The notes: generated from the sequence alone by a model not told the origin. 64,000 nt of DNA from an uncultured Gammaproteobacteria bacterium (GCA_964565405.1 CAZMEW010000001.1:59637-123636); one strand, 5' to 3'; numbered from the stretch's first letter, positions 31,271-40,701 are shown. Numbers and translations are program-made.

Positions 31271-31359
31271 ATAGATCGGTTATAATTCTTGTATAGTATA
31301 CGACAATTTTTGCAAAAAGTAACATATACACATCTACATATTTTCTCACACCATATAAC

Positions 31360-31815
31360 GTGCTACGCTACTATCCTTCTGGGTTTTACGGCATACCTGG
31401 AAAAAGAGTTCGTATAAATAATGCCGTCCAAGGAGAGAGTGGCCGCATGGCCTATGTGTTTACGATGCTGATTGAGGGCAAGCAAAACCCGAGCGAAGCT
31501 GACCTCATTCTCCGCCTCGCAAAGTCTCGCGACTTCTTCGGCGAGTGCATGGAAACCTTCTACGGCAGAGATTCTGTCACCGACGAACCTGTTCAACATT
31601 CGTTCCTTATCACGAGTGTAGGGTGGGTCCCGAAGTCGATGAATCAACTGCGGATCGAAGGATGCTACCGCATCACCGATGACAGTCCGTCTGTTCTGAT
31701 CGAGAAATACGACTTCTCGAGCAAAACCGGCACGATGACTTACCGACTCCCCAAATCGAATCCTGGGGAGATGGTGAATGATGTGGGCTCTGGAAAAGGA
31801 TTTGCAGCAGCCTAA
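31360..31815 (+). CDS. hypothetical protein within GC-rich island (start possibly ATG 31446, preceded by AAGGAG)
   Basis: Long ORF in a roughly 550-bp segment of about 50% GC. An equally long antisense ORF (31363..31908) exists, so coding status is uncertain. Confidence 0.25.
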   Translation: MLRYYPSGFYGIPGKRVRINNAVQGESGRMAYVFTMLIEGKQNPSEADLILRLAKSRDFFGECMETFYGRDSVTDEPVQHSFLITSVGWVPKSMNQLRIEGCYRITDDSPSVLIEKYDFSSKTGTMTYRLPKSNPGEMVNDVGSGKGFAAA

Positions 31816-31954
31816 TCCTCGATGACCAAGCGTCGTTATCCACGCCCGTATAGTTCTATCTTCACAGATGGTTCTATCGGGTGTGGATCCTTTCATATTG
31901 CCAAACACATTGCTCTAGTATATACTATTCTCCTTATATTCCACTCCGTATCAT

Positions 31955-32641
31955 ATGTACGAAAAAAAGAAAAAAGTAGCTGTTTTTGATATTGACGGTA
32001 CGATATTCCGTTCCAATCTTCATTTTGAACTTTTTAAGGGTCTTGTCCAATATGATATTTTCCCTTCGATTGTACTCAAAGAAATTGAAGAATATCATGA
32101 TGACTGGATCAATCGACGTGGACATTATCGAGATTTTGAGCAGTCTCTTATTAAGTCATATCAAAATCGTATACGAAGAAAAGTAGTTGAAGATATAGAA
32201 AAAGTGAGTCGATATGTAGTTGCTGACAAAACAGAGCATGTATATGTATATACAAGAAATCTGATAGAAGGGCTGAGAAAAGATTACGTATTACTTGCAA
32301 TTTCCGGTTCTCCTCGTGAAGTTGTTGATGTATTCACAGATAATTGGAAATTCGATAAAGCGTACGGCACGATCTATGGCTCAGAAGATGGAATCTATAC
32401 TGGAGAAGTCGTATTCCCGTCATATGAAGTTAAAGATACTACACTTAAAAATTTTTGTGCTGAACACAATCTCACTCTCGAGGGATCAATCGGTGTTGGT
32501 GATACTAGTGGAGATGTCGCCTTCCTCAATCTCGTCGAACATCCGATCGCATTTAACCCAAGCCAAGAATTATTTGAAACTGCAAAACAGCGAGGATGGA
32601 AAGACGTGATTGAACGCAAAGATGCGGAATGCGAAAGATAG
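31955..32641 (+). CDS. HAD-IB family hydrolase (phosphoserine-phosphatase-like)
   Basis: Motif I VFDIDGTI, motif IV GVGDTSGD, and a cap region typical of HAD-IB. Confidence 0.7.
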   Translation: MYEKKKKVAVFDIDGTIFRSNLHFELFKGLVQYDIFPSIVLKEIEEYHDDWINRRGHYRDFEQSLIKSYQNRIRRKVVEDIEKVSRYVVADKTEHVYVYTRNLIEGLRKDYVLLAISGSPREVVDVFTDNWKFDKAYGTIYGSEDGIYTGEVVFPSYEVKDTTLKNFCAEHNLTLEGSIGVGDTSGDVAFLNLVEHPIAFNPSQELFETAKQRGWKDVIERKDAECER

Positions 32642-32702
32642 ATAAATTACAAAAGTCCCGATTTACAGTCGGGACTTTTTTTATTCCAACACGTACTCAC
32701 TC

Positions 32703-33173
32703 TTAGAATCTTCCTCCGAAGAAACCCCCTTCATGCGGTCTGTCAGATCCACCCTTGCCCATTCCAGTTTTCATTTCTGCAGCCTTAGCCTGCATGGTAC
32801 TTAATCGAGTATCTGCCTGCGCCTGGGTAATGACTCCTTGACTCACCAATGTCTGTAATTCTTCCTTCATACGCGCTTCAGCTTGTGTTTTCATTTTTGT
32901 CTTTATCACTTCTTCATCAATTCCTTTTTCTTCAATCAGTTCTTTCATTCCTTTACCCTCTGCCCAAGCCTGTTTTACCTCACCCACACTAATACCTAGC
33001 AGTTCAGCCTGGTTTGCAAACATCTCTGTCTGATGAGCCGCGATTTCTTCTGGTGTTGCTTTGTTGAATATTCGACCGAACGCTCCCTGTGCCGAAGCGG
33101 TCTGAGAAAGTCCCAATACCCCTAGCCCCAAGACTGGGAGTGCTGCGAGTGCAGCTATTTTCGCATATTTCAT
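32703..33173 (-). CDS. hypothetical secreted protein
   Basis: Signal peptide (AALAALPVLGLGVLGLSQTASA); helical, Glu/Lys-rich. Confidence 0.4.
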   Translation of the reverse strand: MKYAKIAALAALPVLGLGVLGLSQTASAQGAFGRIFNKATPEEIAAHQTEMFANQAELLGISVGEVKQAWAEGKGMKELIEEKGIDEEVIKTKMKTQAEARMKEELQTLVSQGVITQAQADTRLSTMQAKAAEMKTGMGKGGSDRPHEGGFFGGRF

Positions 33174-33247
33174 AGATGTAGATTTTATGATTAAGGTTGC
33201 TTCTTGTTTCCCCGGGTTACATTAGTACTACCACATCGGATCAAAAT

Positions 33248-33949
33248 TTATTTCATTTTTGGAATTTCTCTAATCCCAAACGCCTCAACCATATCTCCAA
33301 TACGAGGCCCAATAACCATTACATAATCTCCACGCTTCAATTGTACCTGCCGAAATATCCGAGTATTCGGTGTTACTGACACAATAATTATTTCTTTTCT
33401 AGGATTTTCCATATCAAAACCCATGGGGGTTATCACCATAATTTTCCCCATCTCCGCATCATGAAACATAGGTTCTCGAATATCTCTATACGCATGACCT
33501 ACAACCGGAATATTGAAATGATCCATTCGTTGCATAATTGCGCCATGCATGGGAGTTCTCGTCAATACCCAACCCGTGATACATACTACAGCCAAAATTC
33601 CACACACAGAAAATAGTAACGGCTTTCGATACGCAAATGAATATTTTTTTACCAACAGTTCAAGCACAATCAAAAATATTCCTACTAATATAATTAGCAC
33701 CCATGGTAATGCTCGAGCAAATACGAATAACCCTCTCAGACCAAGACCAGGTGCAAAAATAATTCCAGTCTCGCGAAGTCCAAATATAATAAGACTGGTT
33801 AGGTAAATCGTGACCAGCGATAGAATAACGACCCCAAGTGTTATGAGAATCGTCTTCAATACGAAATGCCACCGCGGACGCATGACCACTTCACCCTTTT
33901 TGATGGCATCGAATATTTTATCTTGTAATTTTTTTGACTTTTCATCCAT
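33248..33949 (-). CDS. membrane protein, putative anti-sigma factor partner of adjacent ECF sigma
   Basis: Downstream of an ECF sigma gene, with multiple TM helices. Position-based assignment. Confidence 0.3.
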   Translation of the reverse strand: MDEKSKKLQDKIFDAIKKGEVVMRPRWHFVLKTILITLGVVILSLVTIYLTSLIIFGLRETGIIFAPGLGLRGLFVFARALPWVLIILVGIFLIVLELLVKKYSFAYRKPLLFSVCGILAVVCITGWVLTRTPMHGAIMQRMDHFNIPVVGHAYRDIREPMFHDAEMGKIMVITPMGFDMENPRKEIIIVSVTPNTRIFRQVQLKRGDYVMVIGPRIGDMVEAFGIREIPKMK

Positions 33950-33955
33950 ATCCCT

Positions 33956-34507
33956 TTATTTAGAAATTTCTTTTTTGAGCATTGCACGACCTCTGGCAAT
34001 CCGAACTCCAACGGTTGAAATCGGTATCGCGAGCACCTCAGCAATTTCTTTATACTCCATTTCTTCAAAATAATATAGCACCAGAACTTCACGATATTTG
34101 GGCGATACACCCATCAACATTTTTTCAAGTTCATCCCGATCCTCTTTTTTGAGCAAATCATCCTCAAGCGTAGGCGATGGTTTGGTTGGAATATTGATCA
34201 AGGTATCAAAATCAAAAAAGCTAACCTGCTCTCTTCCCCTTTTTTTGATTACGTTGATAAAGGTGTTATGTGCAATCCGATAGAGCCATGTTGAGAATTT
34301 TCTTTCTACCTGAAAGCTCTGAATATTTTGGTATGCTTTGATAAAAACTTCTTGTACCGCATCTTCAAGATCTTCGTAGGTAAATAAAAACCGCCTCCCA
34401 TACCGAAGCATCTTTTGCTCATAACGATTGAATAAGGCCGTATAGGCTTCTGTTTTTCCCTGCTGAACCTCACGAGCCAATGCTTCATCAGTTGGTATTT
34501 CCACCAT
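33956..34507 (-). CDS. ECF-type RNA polymerase sigma-70 factor
   Basis: Region 2 (DAVQEVFIKAYQN...STWLYRIAHNTFINVIK) and region 4 (EYKEIAEVLAIPISTVGVRIARGR). Confidence 0.8.
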   Translation of the reverse strand: MVEIPTDEALAREVQQGKTEAYTALFNRYEQKMLRYGRRFLFTYEDLEDAVQEVFIKAYQNIQSFQVERKFSTWLYRIAHNTFINVIKKRGREQVSFFDFDTLINIPTKPSPTLEDDLLKKEDRDELEKMLMGVSPKYREVLVLYYFEEMEYKEIAEVLAIPISTVGVRIARGRAMLKKEISK

Positions 34508-34909
34508 ACAGTAATTCTCAATAGCTACTATCTAATACAATCCTATGTCACACTTTATTTCAAATATGCATAACTAGCCCAATACGGGCTAGCTTGGAGA
34601 ATCAGTCTCACACTATGAAGAAGAGTTATGATGAGACTCCGCCTTCTTCTCTATCTCATCATGGACTCTCTTTTGTTCAGCCTTTTTTTCGTCTCTCTTT
34701 TCCTTGGCATCATCCATACCAGCCTTGACTGACCCAAAAAATAAACCAGCTCTTTTTCCCATATAGATATAATTAGATAAATAAAGAAGTACAATTGTGC
34801 TTACCCATATTTTTACTATAGACTCATCTTGTATACATGTCAACCACTAGTTGACTACTCATCAAAATCTCTGCTACATTGAGTAGTACCTGTATGAGCA
34901 AACATATAT

Positions 34910-35413
34910 ATGCAACTCCCATATCGAAAACCCGGAAAATTCAGTACCCCCTCTTCAGATCCTTATTTGACGCAAAAAAAATTTGACGAGTTGACGCAGA
35001 AGCTCGAACGGCTAAAAAAAATAACTCAACCCCATGCAGCACGCGAAGTTGCTCGATTAGCTGAATTTGGAGATTTTTCTGAAAATGCAGAATATCAACT
35101 CGCAAAAGGAAAATTGAGGAGTATTAATTCTACTATCCTTCTACTCGAGCATCGACTAAATCAGGCTGAAGTCATTCCCAAACACCGTACAGCACAGACG
35201 ATCCGTGTGGGACATACAGTAACTCTCACGATAGACGGAGTGGTAAAAAAATATCAAATACTTGGCTCGACAGAAACCAAGCCTGAAGGAGGTATCATTT
35301 CACATGCGTCACCATTGGGTACTGCTCTCATGGGTAGATCGATCGGGGATAAATTCACACTCCATATAGCCAACAAAGATACCCTATGTGAAATAATAGC
35401 GATTGAGTATTAG
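34910..35413 (+). CDS. greA: transcription elongation factor GreA
   Basis: N-terminal coiled coil with DFSENAEYQLAKGKL and a C-terminal FKBP-like domain (TLTIDGV...ISHASPLGTALMG). Confidence 0.8.
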   Translation: MQLPYRKPGKFSTPSSDPYLTQKKFDELTQKLERLKKITQPHAAREVARLAEFGDFSENAEYQLAKGKLRSINSTILLLEHRLNQAEVIPKHRTAQTIRVGHTVTLTIDGVVKKYQILGSTETKPEGGIISHASPLGTALMGRSIGDKFTLHIANKDTLCEIIAIEY

Positions 35414-36625
35414 CTATTTCTTTTCAAGAATCTGAGCGAGCAATTGTTTTCCTTTTTCTTTCCACTTTTCTTCTCCTTGATGTTCCATTTCGAGTATGTA
35501 ATCAGAAACTAGAGTCTTTTTTTCTGCGACATCATCGAGATATGACACATACTTTTCAATACATTCATACTCAAATTCGAGTCGCTTTGGATCATCTTCA
35601 ATCTGAAGCCACAGATTGTTTTCGTAAGCCCATACAATAAATTCTTTATTATTTTTCTTCTCATCGATCAACTGCAATAACCCCTTCTGGACTTCTTCAG
35701 TGTTTGAACCACTAAAATCATTTTTTGAAAGGTAGTTTTTTATCGGATTCAAAGTTTTTTCCAAATACTTAGTTAATTCCTCAGGAACGTAAGGTATATC
35801 CGCAACGCTGTGTGCTGGACGCATAGACAATCGTATGCGTTCGGGGTGTTTTGATATATCAATTTTTACCAACGCTTGTACGATTGCTTCTGCTTCGTCA
35901 AAACTCAAATCAGTTTTAACAATTTTATAGACGATATAGTGAAGCGCAGTGTCAATTTTTGAAATATCAGTATCTGATAAATATTTTATCATCATTTGCT
36001 TTAAGAATGTCGAATGGTTATGCGCACGTTGAGGCTCACCTATCGAATATACATGCCGCTGGCGCAACCACTGCAGTGTTTCGGTGGTGGGGAGTTTAAG
36101 GGTACGTAGAATACCCAGCGTTTCTGAAAACCCAACGATTACGAGATAATCTGCCTTCATTCCTAATATTTTTTCTATCTGATTGATTCCGTATTCAATT
36201 CCCGCAAGTCCACACGCATTCGACACATAATAATCACTTGTTGTCACTCCCATTCCTGGAGGAAGCGGAGAATAAGTGCCTCGAGGTACGGCAGTAATGG
36301 TAACTTCTTGTTTTTTTGTATTAATCTCAATCATCTGAATCACATCACAATGGCCGCTGGTCTGTCCCACCCGCTTGTCGAGTCCAATCAACAATACACG
36401 GACTACCTGGTCCTCTCCGATTGGATCACTGTTGCTGCCATTTTCAACCTCTGCTTCTAGACGTTTTCGTCTAACCCCAAGCACGCGGTCAACCGCTTCA
36501 TTATGAGCAGCAGCCTCAGCACGAGCTACATCATGCGCTCGAGAATTCACGATCAAATCCTTGATAAGCCAACCCAAAGAACCAATGGCTATCATACTGC
36601 CCAGAATAAATAGGGTTTTTTTCAT
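35414..36625 (-). CDS. LytR-CpsA-Psr (LCP) family protein with C-terminal extension
   Basis: N-terminal TM, then LLIGLDKR...HCDVIQMIEINTKKQEVTITAVPRGT...ADYLVIVGFS, resembling the LCP core. About 150 extra C-terminal residues. Confidence 0.45.
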   Translation of the reverse strand: MKKTLFILGSMIAIGSLGWLIKDLIVNSRAHDVARAEAAAHNEAVDRVLGVRRKRLEAEVENGSNSDPIGEDQVVRVLLIGLDKRVGQTSGHCDVIQMIEINTKKQEVTITAVPRGTYSPLPPGMGVTTSDYYVSNACGLAGIEYGINQIEKILGMKADYLVIVGFSETLGILRTLKLPTTETLQWLRQRHVYSIGEPQRAHNHSTFLKQMMIKYLSDTDISKIDTALHYIVYKIVKTDLSFDEAEAIVQALVKIDISKHPERIRLSMRPAHSVADIPYVPEELTKYLEKTLNPIKNYLSKNDFSGSNTEEVQKGLLQLIDEKKNNKEFIVWAYENNLWLQIEDDPKRLEFEYECIEKYVSYLDDVAEKKTLVSDYILEMEHQGEEKWKEKGKQLLAQILEKK

Positions 36626-36733
36626 AGTACATTTGTTTCAGAAATCAATAAAATAATTGCGGGCTGTATTGTACTGGTTTCCCAAAAAAAAGACAATGTG
36701 CGCTGTATGGGACGCACTACAGTAACAATACCA

Positions 36734-37426
36734 TTAGGTTGTTTTTGTTCGATATAAAAAAATCTTTACTAATCGCATACGAACATAACGCAGACTCTCT
36801 ATAGCGTGCGTAGTTACAAAAAATGTTCCTGCTGCAACCACTAACATATAGACAGGCCATAACAGTGTGTAATGCCATTCGGGTATCAAAGCTGCACACG
36901 GTCGAAAGACACAGTTCATATTTTTAGAATTCGGACTAAAGAGTACCGTGAGTACATATAGGGCAGTACTATACAGTACCGAATATACTATTGCTTTTTT
37001 TGTAACATGTTTTTTACTTATCAAATATAGGGCGTAGGTCGGAAGAATTGCATGCAGGAATAGAGAAACTAATTTATTGTAATCAAAACTTCCTTCAAAC
37101 ATATAATCGACTACGTGGAGTATATGTATACCAAACAATCGTGTGATGAAATCAACAAGCCACAACAACTGCACGATAAGCCCAACGCACGTAACTCCCA
37201 TCATGAGTTCAGGATTTTCTCTATACCATGCGTATGCATAGACCAAAGAAATATGGTTACAAAACCAAAATATATTGGGCCAGAGTACTGGATTCGTTAC
37301 AAACGCACTAATGATCAATCCTTGCACGAACAAAAATATGATTGTCGGTGTGAGAATTTGCTTTCGATATATTTGTAATTGATGTGTTTGAGACCATAGA
37401 TTGTAGACGAGGGTAGGAGTGAACAT
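36734..37426 (-). CDS. hypothetical polytopic membrane protein
   Basis: 230 aa with about 6 TM helices. Confidence 0.35.
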   Translation of the reverse strand: MFTPTLVYNLWSQTHQLQIYRKQILTPTIIFLFVQGLIISAFVTNPVLWPNIFWFCNHISLVYAYAWYRENPELMMGVTCVGLIVQLLWLVDFITRLFGIHILHVVDYMFEGSFDYNKLVSLFLHAILPTYALYLISKKHVTKKAIVYSVLYSTALYVLTVLFSPNSKNMNCVFRPCAALIPEWHYTLLWPVYMLVVAAGTFFVTTHAIESLRYVRMRLVKIFLYRTKTT

Positions 37427-37550
37427 ATATGAACGTTAATAATACCCTTTATTTTTACCTTACACCGGCATCACAGATTTGTCCAGCTTTTTTCTATATA
37501 AAAAAAGATGACCTAAGTCATCTGATATAAAACCATCCACACCGTATGTC

Positions 37551-37868
37551 TTATGGGGCGTTGGTTTTTTTCTTTTTCAATTCTGTACCTGTGACAATTA
37601 AATAAATCAAAACGCTTACTATTGCAGCAAAAAAACACCATACTGATGTAAAATTTTCGTAATACAACCAGGAAGCGATAAACGCAAGAAAGGCAATGAG
37701 ACCGAACAATATCTTGACCATGTATCTACCAGACAATGCTCCTGCCCCGACGACAATCGCAATATATACTGCAGCCGCTGCCGTACCAAAAGGAGCAGTG
37801 TATTCGTAATAGATACAATGATTCATGATTGAGGCAGGTTGTGGGTGTATAAGAAAATTCGTATACAA
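37551..37868 (-). CDS. hypothetical membrane protein
   Basis: 105 aa with 3 TM helices. Confidence 0.3.
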   Translation of the reverse strand: MYTNFLIHPQPASIMNHCIYYEYTAPFGTAAAAVYIAIVVGAGALSGRYMVKILFGLIAFLAFIASWLYYENFTSVWCFFAAIVSVLIYLIVTGTELKKKKTNAP

Positions 37869-38237
37869 CTATACTCCAAGTACAATTCCGGCCAGACAAA
37901 ACATTGTCAGTATCCGGCGCCTCAACCCAAAAGATTCAAGGCTTCGAATAGCAAATGGTACAAATGCTGGCCACCAAAAAAGAGCAAAGAATAAAAATAA
38001 CGCGCTCAGCAGTATCACTACTTGTCTCGAATTCTGTATATTCAACCAGAGCATTCCTTCAATTGCCTGTTGGATTGCAAAAATGATTGGAATCGTGGCC
38101 AGTGGAAGGAATTTTTTATTTTTTGTTTTTGCAATTGATGCGACACCGGTTACGCCGAGTAGTGCGCTTGCAGTGAAACTAGCTGTTGCTGAAAAACACA
38201 TATTATTCCGTAGTTTTTCCGTCAAAGTGTTCATCAT
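37869..38237 (-). CDS. hypothetical membrane protein
   Basis: 122 aa with 3-4 TM helices, contiguous with the previous ORF. Confidence 0.3.
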   Translation of the reverse strand: MMNTLTEKLRNNMCFSATASFTASALLGVTGVASIAKTKNKKFLPLATIPIIFAIQQAIEGMLWLNIQNSRQVVILLSALFLFFALFWWPAFVPFAIRSLESFGLRRRILTMFCLAGIVLGV

Positions 38238-38598
38238 CCGCTTCAGCTTCTAGTTTTGTTCGATGGACTACCTTATCTCGATGATGAGGTGGTGTATAGA
38301 GCGTATAGAGCTTCATGGAATCCGTACTTGAGTTAATGATATTATGCGTAGTTCCTGCAGGAACAATAATTACACTCCCATCCTGTATATCATGTTCAAT
38401 ATCGTTAATTATTGCTCGCACCTCACCCTTTTCAACACGCAAAAATTGATCGACATCATGGACTTCTTCCCCGATTTCTTCGTGACCCACTAGCGACATT
38501 ACCACCAACTGGCATTTCTTATCCGTATATAATACTTTTCGAAAGTTATCATTCTCGAGCGTTAACTTTTCTATATTTTCTACGTATCCTTTTTTCAT
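38203..38598 (-). CDS. cupin domain protein
   Basis: GSVIIVPAGTTHNIINSS...LYTLYTPPHH matches cupin_2 motifs. Confidence 0.6.
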   Translation of the reverse strand: MKKGYVENIEKLTLENDNFRKVLYTDKKCQLVVMSLVGHEEIGEEVHDVDQFLRVEKGEVRAIINDIEHDIQDGSVIIVPAGTTHNIINSSTDSMKLYTLYTPPHHRDKVVHRTKLEAEADDEHFDGKTTE

Positions 38599-38686
38599 AT
38601 AATTTACTCAATATTAATCTAATATAATGTACCTATAATTTATCGCACATACCTACTTGCTGACGCGACTCCCTATCATGTGAATA

Positions 38687-40426
38687 TCAACCCGGAACAA
38701 CGGTTTGACAATATTGTCCCGTAAATTCGGTAGGACACGAACATTCGTATTCACCATACACTCCGCCCCATGCCGGTCTCATCATGACACCATGGTTAGC
38801 GCAGAAATTGCCGACCGGATCATCTTGAACCAGGTTCATAATAATGGTGAAAGTAGTAGAAGCTGCATTGTAGTTCATAGTCGCAGCCTGGTACAATGTC
38901 GCAGTTGCGGTAAATGGTCCAGGCGTGAGTAAATTAAACAAATCAAATGCTAGCGACCCAAAATAGAATGAAGAATCTATAACGGGGTAACCGAGAACAT
39001 GTTCGACTGCTTCTGTACTAGTAGGAATCACATCGCTATTAAGTGCAGCCAACGATGTAAACAAACCATTACTGGTCGAAGTAGGAAGGTCTAGTATGAG
39101 TGCTCCGCTATCAGGCGCACAATACGGTACCGGCGTATCAGTATCTTCAAAACAAATTCCGGAGTAGTCACTCGAATCAAATGTAAAATTGCTCAATGCT
39201 GTTATAACTGGGTTAGCTTTCCCGACCGTAAGTATTGCTGTCGTTGATGTTGCGGCATACGTCGCGGTTGCCGCCTGTGTCGCAGTGATGGTGGTAGAGC
39301 CGGCATTTACCATAGTAACCGTGTTTCCACTAATCGTCGCTGTCGAGGTATTACTGCTCGTATAGGTAATCACTCCATCACTAGTACTTGTGATCGATAT
39401 AGAGAACGGACTATCTCCATATGTTTTTGATATACTTGCCAGTTCAATCGTTGGGATACTGATACAGGAGACTGAAATCGATGTAACATCGCCCTGCATT
39501 GTTCCACTGCCATTGGAAATACTGCACGTCTGTGCAGGAACTGTTGGATGGGTCTCAACAATGACTGAATAGATACTTCCTTTTGAAATACGTGAACCGA
39601 ATTCAAAGACTCCATCTGCTGTCAGTGTAAGTACTTGTCCAGTATTTAGTCGTAACACTAGAGTTCCGAGTAAGCCAGACGCTGTACCCCCAAGCGTATA
39701 GCTCTGTGATCCACCGCCCGTAAAAATACTTTCAAATGGATTTGCGAATGGCGTTGGTCCACACTGCACTTGAATCGTATTGATCGAATGATCCGCTACT
39801 ACACCACTCCCATTTTTTGACACATAGCAGAGTTGTTTGCCTGGCACGAGTGGTTTTGCTGTTACCCTATACTCATCACCCGAGGCAAGTAAGTGTGAAA
39901 AGTTGAATTGCGCTGTATCTTCAGGATGTATCATGAGTTGCTCTCCCCCATTGTTTGACACAATAACTTGATCAACAATACCCGAGATAGTTCCGCCAAT
40001 AGTATATTTATTTTTTTGTGATTGCGTCTCTGGGCTTCGTAATAATTGCCCGTACGTTAATACATCACCGGTAGTCACTGTATTTACGAGATTTCTTGTT
40101 GATGAAAAAAAATTACCTGTTCCCACTGAAAGACCAAGCGGTTCAAGAATGATACTTTGATTTAATTCTTGAAATATTTTTACAGCCCTAAATGTCTTTG
40201 TTCCAAAAAAATCTGTCTCATTTCCATGAGACCCCGGTCCTGTATCCGAAACCGGCGCACCATGGCGATTTAGGAACTCTTGCAGCCGTTGTACATCCTG
40301 ACCTTGGTCTCCGAATCGCAAATTTCTCTCGAATAATTCCTGACTGTGAACAGCACTCATCATTCCAAAAACAGAGAGTATGATAATTGTTAGGTTGATT
40401 ATCGAAAAATGGCGGTATTCGCGCAT
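38687..40426 (-). CDS. secreted protein with peptidoglycan-binding domain, Ser/Thr-rich repeats and C-terminal EGF-like Cys motif
   Basis: Signal peptide. PG_binding_1-like GDQGQDVQRLQEFLNRHGAPVSD...FGTKTFRAVKIFQ, then a long S/T-rich beta region. C-terminal YECSCPTEFTGQYCQ fits CxCx5Gx2C. Confidence 0.5.
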   Translation of the reverse strand: MREYRHFSIINLTIIILSVFGMMSAVHSQELFERNLRFGDQGQDVQRLQEFLNRHGAPVSDTGPGSHGNETDFFGTKTFRAVKIFQELNQSIILEPLGLSVGTGNFFSSTRNLVNTVTTGDVLTYGQLLRSPETQSQKNKYTIGGTISGIVDQVIVSNNGGEQLMIHPEDTAQFNFSHLLASGDEYRVTAKPLVPGKQLCYVSKNGSGVVADHSINTIQVQCGPTPFANPFESIFTGGGSQSYTLGGTASGLLGTLVLRLNTGQVLTLTADGVFEFGSRISKGSIYSVIVETHPTVPAQTCSISNGSGTMQGDVTSISVSCISIPTIELASISKTYGDSPFSISITSTSDGVITYTSSNTSTATISGNTVTMVNAGSTTITATQAATATYAATSTTAILTVGKANPVITALSNFTFDSSDYSGICFEDTDTPVPYCAPDSGALILDLPTSTSNGLFTSLAALNSDVIPTSTEAVEHVLGYPVIDSSFYFGSLAFDLFNLLTPGPFTATATLYQAATMNYNAASTTFTIIMNLVQDDPVGNFCANHGVMMRPAWGGVYGEYECSCPTEFTGQYCQTVVPG

Positions 40427-40534
40427 ATTAATATGTGTGTAAGTATATTAAATTTTAATATACTGTACAAGCTATATCCATTCATACCTATATTTGAATA
40501 AAAAAATACCGCTTTGTTAAACGATATTTTTTTG

Positions 40535-40565
40535 GCTCGGGGACAGGGTGCTATGCTATTCGAAC
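40535..40565. repeat. tRNA-Gln 3'-end fragment (candidate att core, direct repeat of 56103..56123)
   Basis: GCTCGGGGACAGGG (14/14) and ATTCGAAC (8/8) are identical to the acceptor-3'/T-arm of tRNA-Gln at 56103..56123. The two blocks are split by a 9-nt insertion, in the same orientation. Confidence 0.45.
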
Positions 40566-40570
40566 ATCTC

Positions 40571-40628
40571 ACGAAAACCTTCGGGTTTTCGTGTACTTTC
40601 CTCAGAATGTGAAACCTCACGGTTTCAC
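40571..40628. other. two adjacent perfect hairpins (ACGAAAACC-ttcg-GGTTTTCGT and GTGAAACC-tcac-GGTTTCAC)
   Basis: Read directly from the sequence. The stems share GAAAACC/GGTTTTC-type arms; one has a UUCG tetraloop. Confidence 0.5.
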
Positions 40629-40663
40629 CCTTCCCTCGTTCGAATCTCCTTTAATCTCCAATA

Positions 40664-40701
40664 TAATAATAACTCCCGGCTTAAGCCGGGAGTTATTATT
40701 A
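40664..40701. terminator. 17-bp perfect hairpin TAATAATAACTCCCGGC-ttaa-GCCGGGAGTTATTATTA (bidirectional terminator-like)
   Basis: Perfect inverted repeat flanked by A/T runs, downstream of the minus-strand gene 40847..41728. Confidence 0.5.

Noticed and set aside
31363-31908. 181-aa minus-strand ORF in the GC-rich island
   Set aside because: The Arg/His-rich, stop-free reading is what is expected by chance in a GC-rich segment. The plus-strand ORF has a Shine-Dalgarno and a more protein-like composition. Neither is confirmed.
31360-31910. RNase P RNA or tmRNA in the GC-rich island
   Set aside because: I found only partial resemblance to the P4/CR-I (AGUCCG) and tmRNA GGAUUCGA motifs. There are no convincing paired 5'/3' acceptor-like ends and no UCCACCA end.
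34613-34843. 76-aa ORF upstream of greA (Lys/Glu-rich C-terminus)
   Set aside because: It could be a genuine small protein. However, there is no recognisable family, and it lies in a promoter region between divergent genes. Left uncalled.
40535-40650. complete second tRNA or pseudo-tRNA at the island left end
   Set aside because: The 3' acceptor/T-stem match to tRNA-Gln is real, but a 9-nt insertion and lack of D and anticodon arms prevent a cloverleaf. Kept as an att-type fragment only.
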